Shown here in pieces: positions 1 through 8,559 of a stretch of 53,914 bases of DNA. Origin of the DNA: Bacteroidota bacterium (GTDB taxonomy: Bacteria > Bacteroidota > Bacteroidia > JABEUT01); the NCBI GenBank assembly GCA_021823405.1, contig JAKAOA010000004.1:1-53914 (forward strand), given 5' to 3'. Under the pieces are notes generated by a model. It ran no database searches. It saw only the letters and a program-made list of their open reading frames with translations, and had not been told where the DNA came from. The first letter of the stretch is position 1; each line of letters begins with the position of its first letter. The translations under genes were made by a program, and so were the position numbers.

Positions 1-73
1 TTGCCGGGAGGTGTACCGGCCCGGTCGCCGGTGGGTAACTGCTGAATCTTCCATTGCCTAAATTTTTGGGCAA

Positions 74-81
74 CAAAAGTA
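74..81 (-). promoter_or_regulatory. Bacteroidota sigma70-type -7 element (TACTTTTG) for a transcript leaving the left window edge
   Basis: Reverse complement of 74-81 matches TAnnTTTG; an ATG at 54 (minus strand) opens a frame running off the window. Confidence 0.35.
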
Positions 82-100
82 CCTCGTCCCTATGCCTTCG

Positions 101-688
101 TCAAGATGTACTTGGTCGTATGCTTACGTTTATATGCTTAAAAAGTGTTTTGTCAATATGATAAATTAGGTTTTTGATTCCTCGAAGCTTTTTGATTATA
201 TCCCGGTCATTAATACCAACTGGGATTCCATCATGTGCAATTGAAGTCCTAATATCGTTAAATGAAGTCAAAACATTTTCAAGGTCTGCTTTTGCACTTC
301 TATTTACCTGATGGAATATATTATTTATCCCAACTCTTCTAAAAAGTGCTATTATATTATCAGGTGAAGGATATTTTTTTGCATTATAAATCTTTTCAGC
401 GTCCAATATCGGTAGTGGCTTTGAAATATCTGTAAGGTGGAAATACGAATTATTTATCTGTGATGAGATATTATCGAAGTATTTCGCTTCACTTTTTTCT
501 ATTATCAACTGCTTAAATCCACTTGACAAAAATGGTTGATTTAGATACAAAGCTTTCAAATTATTCGGAAGGTGAGCAGATGTTAAGGTCAACGAGTTTA
601 TTTTATTGACCCAAGAATCAAAAAAATCTTCGATATATACTTCAATTTTTGCAGTACCGAGCATAATACAACAACTTAAGATGTACAA
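101..688 (-). CDS. HEPN-domain protein (RiboL-PSP/MAE_28990-like), possibly 5'-truncated
   Basis: R-x4-H motif (RTSIAH) near the C-terminus, N-terminal helix with E (KIEVYIED), PSPDNIIALF segment. Visibly AT-rich. The TTG start is directly preceded by an in-frame TAA. Confidence 0.65.
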   Translation of the reverse strand: MYILSCCIMLGTAKIEVYIEDFFDSWVNKINSLTLTSAHLPNNLKALYLNQPFLSSGFKQLIIEKSEAKYFDNISSQINNSYFHLTDISKPLPILDAEKIYNAKKYPSPDNIIALFRRVGINNIFHQVNRSAKADLENVLTSFNDIRTSIAHDGIPVGINDRDIIKKLRGIKNLIYHIDKTLFKHINVSIRPSTS

Positions 689-830
689 TTAAATCCTTTC
701 ATCTAATTTTATTGGCTTTATTCATTTGCGCTGCCTAACACCAATTACAGCAGCATTTTAGCATTAAAATTAAGCACAAGATAAAATGACAAAATCTGCA
801 ATAAGCTAAAGTTAATCTTTTTAACTTTCA

Positions 831-1003
831 CCCTCTTCTTGCACGAGGAGAGGGCAGGGTGAGGTAGAGTAATGGTCGTTTGAGTTCAAGTGAACCCTCT
901 CCTTACTCAAGGAGAGGGCAGGGTGAGGCAGAGTAATGGTCGTTTGAGTTCAAGTGAACACTCTCCTTACTCAAGGAGAGGGCAGGGTGAGGTAGAGTAA
1001 TGG
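831..1003. repeat. 64-bp tandem repeat (about 2.7 copies) with REP-like hairpin
   Basis: Units start at 831, 895 and 959. Each contains CCCTCTCCTT-ACTC-AAGGAGAGGG (variants in units 1 and 3) followed by CAGGGTGAGG(T/C)AGAGTAATGG. Confidence 0.9.
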
Positions 1004-1030
1004 CTGGGTGAGGCAGATTGTTATTAAATA

Positions 1031-1080
1031 AATTATCAATATATGTATTATGTAATAATAAATGTATATATTTGCGTTCT
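1031..1080 (+). promoter_or_regulatory. Dispersed promoter-like element, copy A
   Basis: 43/50 ungapped identity to 41908-41957. Contains TATATTTG (-7 consensus) at 1067-1074 and ATATGTATTATGT at 1041-1053. Confidence 0.7.
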
Positions 1081-1134
1081 TTAGCAATAAGCTATAAACG
1101 ATAAGCTATGAGATAAACTTCTAACTGCTATAAA

Positions 1135-1362
1135 ATGATATTGAGAACAGAAAAAATAGTGCCCGTAAATGATTTTATGAACGTAAAATACCTTTACCGG
1201 CAGCTATGCCGATGTTTTGAATTTGTGCATTTTAACAACCCGATAGCTATCGGGTTCAATTCTGGTCGGAATAACGTCAATTTTTCAAATCTTTATAAAA
1301 TGATTGGATATCAATATATTTCATTAAAAATATCTGAAGTACATCCGCACCCCAATCTTTAA
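1135..1362 (+). other. Short ORF (75 aa) of doubtful coding status downstream of element A
   Basis: Start context TATAAAATGATATTG resembles that of 42039. The ORF reads through a DNA palindrome (NPIAIGF). Confidence 0.25.
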
Positions 1363-1654
1363 AAAACCGACAACAACCGACATCCGCACCCCAATCTTCA
1401 ACAACCCTACCGGCAATATGAAAAAATACGCATTTTCCGACAAAAAACGACAGAATTCAGTCGGTGATTTATAGTTCTAAATTCTATACTTGATGACAAA
1501 AACACAGATAGCAAGATATGTCCGCCAAATGAGTTTGCGCTTTTCGCATACCGATAGCTATTGGGACGCCCAACTCCCACTCTCCACTAAACTATGCTTA
1601 ACCGGGTTTGCGAATTTTGACAACCCGATAGATATCAGGTTCAATTGTGGTTGG
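1222..1654. repeat. Cluster of CCGATAGCTATCGG-type palindromes in degenerate direct repeats
   Basis: Perfect 20-bp palindrome AACCCGATAGCTATCGGGTT at 1237-1256; degenerate copies at 1551-1564 and 1622-1641; 1222-1269 and 1607-1654 match 41/48. Confidence 0.85.
1341..1398. repeat. 19-bp perfect direct repeat
   Basis: ACATCCGCACCCCAATCTT at 1341-1359 and 1380-1398, separated by CCGACA-containing sequence. Confidence 0.85.
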
Positions 1655-1775
1655 TTTATGCATACACTATCTATGTGGATGGGTATGATAAACAAATTGG
1701 CATGCTCCAGCCGGCGGACTATTTTTGGCGCTTTAGTATTGGAACGGAATTTAACTAATTTTGATACTTTATCTT

Positions 1776-3092
1776 ATGTGGTTCGAACGTATAAAGAAAT
1801 ATCTCTTAATTGATGTAAAACGACTGAAAGACAAAAGGTATCTATTCTTCTGGTTCGCTTGTTTATTTTTCATCATTGTCTATTCCCTTTATATAAGTGA
1901 AAAAATCCGTATAGATAACGACTTTACAGTGTTCTGGATGGCGGGACATAATTTTGCTACCGGCGCCGAACTATATAACCGGACGGGAGGTGCTTCAAGA
2001 TATATTTATCCTCCGTTCGCCGCCATGTTGTTTCAATTCTTCTCGCTATTTCCTTTAAAAACAGCCGCCTTTATTTTTATGTTCGTTAATTTTTGTCTCC
2101 TTTTACTAATTATAGGGCTAACCCGTCAGATACTTTCTCATTTTGCCATTGATGGTAAAAAAGCGACCATCGCCCTAATTTCCGGCGTGTTTTTATCCTT
2201 CCGGTTCATCTTGTATCACATACAGTTTATTCAGATGAATGAACTAATGTTAGTCCTTTGTCTTGCCGGAATAAATGCTTCCCTTAATGGTAAAACTTGG
2301 CTATCAGGCATTCTAATCGTATTAGGTGTTTTTATTAAAATTCTTCCAATTTTTTTTATACCATGGTTGGTTCTTAGGAGCGGATATAAAATGATATTTG
2401 TCTTAGTTTCATGCTGCTTGCTTTGCATTTTGGCACCCCTATTGTGGCGTGGGGAGGTAGCAGGATTTGCCGATATTCATAATTATTATACAGCTTTTCT
2501 CGCCCCTTTTCAGCATGGCAAGGTAGAGGCAGAGTTTCACAACCAGAGTTTAGGCGCTGTTCTTTATCGCATATTCCTTCCGACAGAGAATGGTGCTGGT
2601 TATAATTATCAGTTATGGAACCTGTCGCCGTTATCTGTCTCATGGCTGTATAAAATCACCTTATTGATACTTGCAGGACTATCGGCGGGTTATCTTCTTT
2701 GGGAACGCTTCATTTTGCATGGTAATACATTACGCGGACTGGCTTTGATTTTTCTATGCATGCACCTTCTGTCGGGTATTACATGGGAATACCATCTTAT
2801 CTCGCTACTATTTGTCTATGCTGTATTCATGCTTTACTACCAAAACACTGAAGCTATAATTCTAAAAGTAATATTCTATTCCCTTTTAGGACTCATTATT
2901 TTTATCTCAATAGTCGGTGAAGATACGGTAGGAGTAGTACTTTATCATTATATTGAGGGCTATGGAATAATAACATGGTCCATGCTACTGCTTTTCTTAT
3001 TTATATATGTAGTAAAACTACCAAACGAAAGGGTAGTCGCACTGCCTATAAAAATGACAGAAAATAGCAAGAAGAAGTTCGCTAATAGCTAA
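1776..3092 (+). CDS. Glycosyltransferase family 87 (DUF2029, GT-C) membrane protein
   Basis: DFTVFW and YIYPPF motifs, FIKILP, HNQSL, many TM helices. ATG at 1776 follows TAATTTTG at 1756-1763. Confidence 0.8.
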   Translation: MWFERIKKYLLIDVKRLKDKRYLFFWFACLFFIIVYSLYISEKIRIDNDFTVFWMAGHNFATGAELYNRTGGASRYIYPPFAAMLFQFFSLFPLKTAAFIFMFVNFCLLLLIIGLTRQILSHFAIDGKKATIALISGVFLSFRFILYHIQFIQMNELMLVLCLAGINASLNGKTWLSGILIVLGVFIKILPIFFIPWLVLRSGYKMIFVLVSCCLLCILAPLLWRGEVAGFADIHNYYTAFLAPFQHGKVEAEFHNQSLGAVLYRIFLPTENGAGYNYQLWNLSPLSVSWLYKITLLILAGLSAGYLLWERFILHGNTLRGLALIFLCMHLLSGITWEYHLISLLFVYAVFMLYYQNTEAIILKVIFYSLLGLIIFISIVGEDTVGVVLYHYIEGYGIITWSMLLLFLFIYVVKLPNERVVALPIKMTENSKKKFANS

Positions 3093-3165
3093 AAAACCAT
3101 CTACAGCATTAATTAAAATCCTAATATTGCATTTCAATACGTACTTATTTTAACATACATAGTTT

Positions 3166-4053
3166 ATGAGCATATTGGTTAACAAGAAATCGAAGGTATT
3201 AGTGCAGGGATTTACCGGCAGTGAAGGTACTTTTCATGCAGGTGAAATGATTGCTTACGGAACTAATGTTGTTGGCGGTGTAACGCCCGGTAAAGGAGGA
3301 ACCTGCCATCTTGAGCGGCCAGTTTTTAATACAGTAGCTGACGCAGTAAAACAGACGCAGGCAGATGTCTCAATAATTTTTGTACCCCCCGCGTTTGCAG
3401 CTGATGCTGTAATGGAAGCCGCCGAAGCGGGCATTAAACTTATCGTTTGTATTACAGAGAGTATTCCGGTGAAGGATATGGTGCAAGTGAAGTCATATTT
3501 ATCGGATAAAAACTGCCGTCTTATCGGTCCTAATTGTCCGGGAATAATTACACCGGGAGAAGCCAAGGTAGGAATAATGCCGGGATTCATACATAAACCG
3601 GGAACAATAGGCATTGTTTCACGTTCGGGCACATTAACTTATGAGGCGGTGGACCAGGTAACCAAAGCTGGTTTAGGACAGTCCACCTGTATCGGTATTG
3701 GAGGAGATCCGATAATTGGTACAACTACCAGAGAAGCGGTTGAACTGCTTATGAATGATCCTGATACCGAAGGTATAGTAATGATAGGCGAAATAGGCGG
3801 TACAATGGAAGCCGAAGCCGGTGAATACATAAAGAAAAATAGAAAAAAACCGGTAGTCGGTTTTATCGCAGGTCAAACGGCTCCTCCAGGACGCACTATG
3901 GGGCATGCCGGAGCTATAGTAGGTGGTGCTGAAGACACCGCTGCCGCAAAAATGAGGATATTACGTGAATGTGGTATTACCGTGGTTGATTCGCCGGCTG
4001 TAATTGGGAAAACTATAGCGGGCTTGGTTCAGGCGAAAGTTGCCGTCCGATAA
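3166..4053 (+). CDS. sucD: Succinate--CoA ligase alpha subunit
   Basis: [45 protein letters not shown] phospho-His motif. Confidence 0.97.
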   Translation: MSILVNKKSKVLVQGFTGSEGTFHAGEMIAYGTNVVGGVTPGKGGTCHLERPVFNTVADAVKQTQADVSIIFVPPAFAADAVMEAAEAGIKLIVCITESIPVKDMVQVKSYLSDKNCRLIGPNCPGIITPGEAKVGIMPGFIHKPGTIGIVSRSGTLTYEAVDQVTKAGLGQSTCIGIGGDPIIGTTTREAVELLMNDPDTEGIVMIGEIGGTMEAEAGEYIKKNRKKPVVGFIAGQTAPPGRTMGHAGAIVGGAEDTAAAKMRILRECGITVVDSPAVIGKTIAGLVQAKVAVR

Positions 4054-4130
4054 AATCTGTCAGCCGCCGGGGTAGGGAAATAAAATTGTAAAATCTTCGT
4101 TATAAAATCAAAACCCCGGCATATTACGGC

Positions 4131-5249
4131 ATGATACAAAAAAAAGTACTGGTCTTATTTTTTTTTACGCAAATAACTGTATTTCAATCTTTTAGCCAGA
4201 TTGGTGGCACAGCTACAGACATGTTCATGCAGATGCCGGTATCCGCAAGGGCTGCGGCGCTAGGTGGTTATGCCATATCATCGCGAGACGGCGACCTCGC
4301 AACAGCGGTGGACAACCCGTCATTTTTAGATAGCAGCGTCAGTAATCAGCTTTTATTAACCTATATTCCATACTTTACCGGTGTTAGTTACTCCTGCGCT
4401 TCTTATGCACAAACTCTTGGTCAGATAGGTACTTTTGAAGCCGGAGTCAAATACCTTGATTATGGCACTTTTACAGCAGCCGACCAAGCCGGTAATATTA
4501 CAGGTTCTTTCGGAGCGAGTGAGACACTGTTTAACCTTGGCTACGGCAAAGCAGTCCTCGATTCGACGATTTCAGTAGGTGCAAATCTTGAATTTGCGTC
4601 ATCGCGGCTTATGCAATGGGTCTCCAATGCCGTTGCACTTAACCTTGGCGGCTCTTATGTCAGCCGCAATCATCTTTTTTTTGCCGGATTGGTTATTCAA
4701 AATATTGGCGGTCAAATTACTGATTACATACCCGGCAATCCGGAACCGCTGCCCTTTGATGTAGATGCCGGCATCGCAGCAAAGCTAAAACATGCACCCT
4801 TTCGGTTCAACCTTACCTTTCAGCACCTTCAGCGCTGGGACCTTACTTACTTAGACCCTACGGATACCCAAACAGTAAACCCCCTTACCGGACAACCAAT
4901 AAATCAGACGAGCGCTATCGGTTCTTTTGCCGATAAACTTATGCGTCATATTGTACCCGGAGTAGAACTGCTTGCCGGAAAGAATTTCTGGCTAAGTTTC
5001 GCCTATAACTATGAATTACGAAAGGAATTAGAACTTGCCGGAGTTCCTGCCCTGACCGGCTTTTCTGCCGGTTTTGGAATGAGGATTTACAGGTTTGAGT
5101 TAAGCTATTCGATTTGTGAAGAAAATCTTGCAGGTGTTGCCAATACGTTTTCAATATGTATGAGTTTGGGTGATTTTAAACCACATAGATTAGAGAATCC
5201 TTGGAAACCGCCGGTTGCTCCGGCACCGCCATTGCTACCTGTTCAATAA
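4131..5249 (+). CDS. porQ: Type IX secretion system PorQ (PorV/PorQ family beta-barrel)
   Basis: Signal peptide, PVSARAAALGG, NP, LDYG, PLPF motifs; directly upstream of cmk as is usual for porQ. Confidence 0.75.
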   Translation: MIQKKVLVLFFFTQITVFQSFSQIGGTATDMFMQMPVSARAAALGGYAISSRDGDLATAVDNPSFLDSSVSNQLLLTYIPYFTGVSYSCASYAQTLGQIGTFEAGVKYLDYGTFTAADQAGNITGSFGASETLFNLGYGKAVLDSTISVGANLEFASSRLMQWVSNAVALNLGGSYVSRNHLFFAGLVIQNIGGQITDYIPGNPEPLPFDVDAGIAAKLKHAPFRFNLTFQHLQRWDLTYLDPTDTQTVNPLTGQPINQTSAIGSFADKLMRHIVPGVELLAGKNFWLSFAYNYELRKELELAGVPALTGFSAGFGMRIYRFELSYSICEENLAGVANTFSICMSLGDFKPHRLENPWKPPVAPAPPLLPVQ

Positions 5250-5280
5250 ATTTGATATTACTACTTGGAAAATTAAGCAA

Positions 5281-5988
5281 ATGAGACAGATAACTATAGC
5301 AATAGACGGTTATTCATCGTGTGGAAAAAGTACTCTTGCGCGCGAACTTGCCCATGAACTCGGCTATGCCTATATAGATACTGGAGCGATGTACAGAGCC
5401 GTTACATTATACTGTCTTGAAAAGGGGATAATTGAAAAGGGTAGGGCGGTAGATGCATTTAAAGTAATCAAAGAGTTATTACATATAAAAATAGAGTTCC
5501 GTTATTCGGATAATTCAGGTAAATCGGAAACTTATCTAAACGGGAAAAATGTGGAAGGCGAGATTAGAGGGATGGAGGTATCTGAATTGGTGAGCCCGGT
5601 AAGCGCTATTCATGAGGTACGGAAGATGATGGTCTATTTACAGCGACAATTAGCAAAAGATGGAGGTGTGGTGATGGATGGTCGTGACATAGGCACTACC
5701 GTTTTTCCGCATGCCGAATTGAAACTTTTTATGACTGCTGATATCAATGTCCGGGTTGAAAGAAGAAAACAGGAGTTGCTGTCAAAAGGAATAGCAGTAA
5801 AGGATTCTGAAATTAAAAGAAACCTTCAACGAAGGGACGAGGAAGATAGTACACGGGCTATCAGTCCACTTAAACAAGCGCCTGATGCAGTATTGCTTGA
5901 TAACACAAAAATAACCCGAGAGGAGCAATTGAAAATAGCTCTACGCTGGGCAAAGGAGCGAATAGTTAATTCGGCACCCGAAAGATAG
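5281..5988 (+). CDS. cmk: Cytidylate kinase
   Basis: IAIDGYSSCGKST, IDTGAMYR, MDGRDIGT. ATG at 5281 preferred over the upstream TTG. Confidence 0.96.
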   Translation: MRQITIAIDGYSSCGKSTLARELAHELGYAYIDTGAMYRAVTLYCLEKGIIEKGRAVDAFKVIKELLHIKIEFRYSDNSGKSETYLNGKNVEGEIRGMEVSELVSPVSAIHEVRKMMVYLQRQLAKDGGVVMDGRDIGTTVFPHAELKLFMTADINVRVERRKQELLSKGIAVKDSEIKRNLQRRDEEDSTRAISPLKQAPDAVLLDNTKITREEQLKIALRWAKERIVNSAPER

Positions 5989-6006
5989 TTCCTCTCAAAA
6001 GAGCGC

Positions 6007-6957
6007 CTATTTAGTTGCAGGCATTGCAGCGACCTGCTTATCAAGTACGTCCATTACTGAACGTACTGCCTTAGCCGATGCATTTAGTAACTCTTTTTCG
6101 GCGGCATTTAGCTTTAGCTCTATAATTTCTGCTATACCGTTTTTACCAAGTTTTACAGGCACGCCGAGAAATATATTTTTATGTCCGTATTCACCATTCA
6201 ACATTGCACAACATGGGAATACCCGTTTTTCATCTTTTATAATAGATTCAACCATTTGTGCTGCTGCGGCGCCGGGTGCGTACCACGCTGAAGTCCCGAG
6301 GATATTTACAATTTCACCGCCGCCATTTTTCGTTCTTTCAATAATGGCGTTTAATTTATCGGCAGGCATTAGTTCTGTAACCGGTATTCCTGCAACAGTT
6401 GTATAACGCGGCAGAGGCACCATAGTATCGCCGTGTCCCCCCAGAAGCATACCTTGTATTTCCTTCGGTGAAATATCTAGTGCTTCGGCGATGAACGCTC
6501 TGTAGCGTGCGGTGTCAAGAATACCGGCCATTCCAAATACCTTTCGCGAATCAACTTTTGCCGTAAGATATGCACAATAGGTCATTACATCAAGCGGATT
6601 GGAAACGACTATAATTACCGCTTCAGGGGAATGTTTGATAACATTCTGGGTAACCCCTCTGACAATACCTGCATTGGTAGCAATTAAATCGTCACGGCTC
6701 ATACCTGGCTTTCTCGGCAACCCTGAAGTAATAACTACAACGTCAGAATTTTTGGTTTGAGCATAATCGTTAGTATAACCTAACACCCTAGTACTGTAGT
6801 TGTTTATTGGTGCCGCTTCCCAGATGTCAAGAGATTTACCTTCGGAGACACCTTCCTTAATGTCGAGAAGGACTACTTTATTTACTATATCCTTTTGGGC
6901 GATTACGTTAGCGCAGGTTGCGCCTACATTTCCTGCACCTATTACAGTCACTTTCAT
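6007..6957 (-). CDS. mdh: Malate dehydrogenase (LDH-like)
   Basis: GAGNVG, PRKPGMSRDDL (Arg specificity residue), SNPLD, LDTAR, GGHGD. Confidence 0.95.
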   Translation of the reverse strand: MKVTVIGAGNVGATCANVIAQKDIVNKVVLLDIKEGVSEGKSLDIWEAAPINNYSTRVLGYTNDYAQTKNSDVVVITSGLPRKPGMSRDDLIATNAGIVRGVTQNVIKHSPEAVIIVVSNPLDVMTYCAYLTAKVDSRKVFGMAGILDTARYRAFIAEALDISPKEIQGMLLGGHGDTMVPLPRYTTVAGIPVTELMPADKLNAIIERTKNGGGEIVNILGTSAWYAPGAAAAQMVESIIKDEKRVFPCCAMLNGEYGHKNIFLGVPVKLGKNGIAEIIELKLNAAEKELLNASAKAVRSVMDVLDKQVAAMPATK

Positions 6958-7182
6958 AGTTTTAGTGTTTTTTTTGGTTCAATAATGATGGTAAAATTAG
7001 TAAAGAATATAATAGGCGGTGGATGATATTTATCAACTATTGACTTAGTAAACATAGTTTCTAATGTTTTCCGCCTGTTACTTCAGAACAGAGAGTAGCA
7101 GATAAACTAATTCAAGTTCCCATATTTTACTACTCTAAATATAACAATATAATCTATCTTTGTTCGCTCTATAATAATGTAT

Positions 7183-7267
7183 GCGGATGTGGCGGAATTG
7201 GTATACGCGCTGGTCTTAGGAGCCAGTGCCGCAAGGCGTATGGGTTCGAGTCCCTTCATCCGCACCA
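7183..7267 (+). tRNA. tRNA-Leu (anticodon TAG) with encoded CCA
   Basis: Acceptor stem GCGGATG/CATCCGC, anticodon arm CTGGT-CTTAGGA-GCCAG, long variable arm, GTTCGAG T-loop; promoter TATCTTTG at 7155-7162. Confidence 0.95.
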
Positions 7268-7327
7268 ATAAAGAATCTTACTAATGGAAATGGTTTTCTT
7301 GATTATTTTTGTAATAAACTTTCTAAA

Positions 7328-7987
7328 ATGAAAGAACAAGAAAAAGTTATGACGCCGTCTTTTAGGGAAAAACATTCAATAGCCATACGTATCTGGCATT
7401 GGTGTACTTTCATTACTATAGCTGGCTCGTTATTAACTGTATTACTGGCTAAAACAGTTTTAAATAAAGAGGATAATACCATACTGGTTCAACAAAATCT
7501 CCAAGCCAGTAATGTAACAGTAACTACCAGTGTGGCACGGCAGGTAGCCCATGAATTCAGCGATAAGGCATGGAACCTTCACAAATATTTTGGCTATATA
7601 CTGGCTTCTTTGTTACTTTTTCGTTTAATCATAGAGTTTTTCCAGCCGGGCGAGCGAAAACTTTTACCTTTAATTAAAAAGTCAGTTAAATACCTGAAAC
7701 AACCTGATAGCAATAAACCATTAGCTAAGCATTATCTTTTTACAAAATATGTTTATCTGATATTTTATATATCATTATTGATTCAAGCAAGTACAGGTTT
7801 ATTTATGGCATATTCTGACGACATTGAGACATTAAAATCCTTAAGACATACCGCAAGCGATATTCACTCTGTATTTATGTGGGTATTAATTTCGTACATA
7901 ATAATTCACATAGGGGGGGTTATCCTTGCAGAAATCGGAGGTGAGTATAAAGGGATAGTTTCAGATATGTTGAATGGCGGGGAATAA
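7328..7987 (+). CDS. Cytochrome b/b6-domain membrane protein (Ni-hydrogenase cytochrome b / b561-like)
   Basis: IRIWHW, WNLHKYFGY, DIHS and IIIHIGG heme-ligand histidines in four TM helices. Start moved to ATG 7328 because the longer ORF overlaps the tRNA. Confidence 0.85.
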   Translation: MKEQEKVMTPSFREKHSIAIRIWHWCTFITIAGSLLTVLLAKTVLNKEDNTILVQQNLQASNVTVTTSVARQVAHEFSDKAWNLHKYFGYILASLLLFRLIIEFFQPGERKLLPLIKKSVKYLKQPDSNKPLAKHYLFTKYVYLIFYISLLIQASTGLFMAYSDDIETLKSLRHTASDIHSVFMWVLISYIIIHIGGVILAEIGGEYKGIVSDMLNGGE

Positions 7988-8031
7988 AGATGTTTACTAA
8001 ATTATATTGAATTTTTTAATACACAGCATTT

Positions 8032-8059
8032 CTGTCCTATAATATGTATTATGTTAAAT
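8032..8059 (+). other. XerC/XerD dif-type recombination site
   Basis: CTGTCCTATAA-TATGTA-TTATGTTAAAT has an 11-6-11 layout, and the right arm is identical to the E. coli XerD arm. Intergenic. Confidence 0.75.
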
Positions 8060-8124
8060 AAACTTCTAATCCTTTTTTTCATTCCTATGGTTCCTTTCAG
8101 GAACATTGACTAAGTTTGTATAAT

Positions 8125-8478
8125 ATGAAATGGGAAAAAGACATTGTAGAATATTTAAAGCCTACTCTAAAAAGTAATGCTCCGATAAGCATTGAATCAT
8201 TCCCGTTATATAAATCCAATCCAGATGCAACCATTAAACAATTTCAAAATCTTCACCGAAGAAACTGGATTATTTATAACGATAATGATAAAACCGCCAT
8301 ATTAGACCCAGGAGGGGAGTCAGAAATCGAGAAATTAAAAAAAGGACGAACATCAAATGTTCTTTCAATAATAGCCCTTATAATAGCAACTGGTTCTTTT
8401 ATTATTGCCCTACTTCAATATATGGGAAATAGCAGAAATGCAGAAGGCAATAAGCAATACACAAAATGCAATAAGTAA
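8125..8478 (+). CDS. Hypothetical protein with possible winged-helix-like region and one C-terminal TM helix
   Basis: AT-rich ORF; TAAGTTTG promoter element at 8111-8118 before ATG 8125; hydrophobic VLSIIALIIATGSFIIALL. Confidence 0.55.
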   Translation: MKWEKDIVEYLKPTLKSNAPISIESFPLYKSNPDATIKQFQNLHRRNWIIYNDNDKTAILDPGGESEIEKLKKGRTSNVLSIIALIIATGSFIIALLQYMGNSRNAEGNKQYTKCNK

Positions 8479-8559
8479 CTGGTCAAAATCCGAATACGGA
8501 ATTTTATGTTAAATATTGAGCCGAGCGGAAATGCAGTCCGATTAACGAAGATTGACCCA

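Noticed and set aside
831-1003. CRISPR array
   Set aside because: The sequence between hairpins is identical between units (no unique spacers) and there are no cas genes.
1342-1390. CATCCGCACC matches the 3' end of tRNA-Leu(TAG) at 7257-7266, a possible att site
   Set aside because: Only 10 bp, located upstream of the tRNA, and the intervening DNA is housekeeping genes.
1222-1654. Diversity-generating retroelement TR/VR pair (also considered for 42155-42290)
   Set aside because: Mismatches are not adenine-specific, the repeats are short and there is no reverse transcriptase gene.
1490-1813. 107-aa ORF
   Set aside because: TTG start, made largely of palindromic repeats, overlaps the promoter and start of the GT87 gene.
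4066-4120. 8-bp inverted repeat GCCGGGGT/ACCCCGGC around an AT-rich spacer as an invertible promoter
   Set aside because: Too short and too close for typical Bacteroidota invertons, and no recombinase nearby; more likely an RNA stem.
7226-7327. N-terminal extension of the cytochrome b ORF
   Set aside because: It overlaps tRNA-Leu; ATG 7328 is the plausible start.
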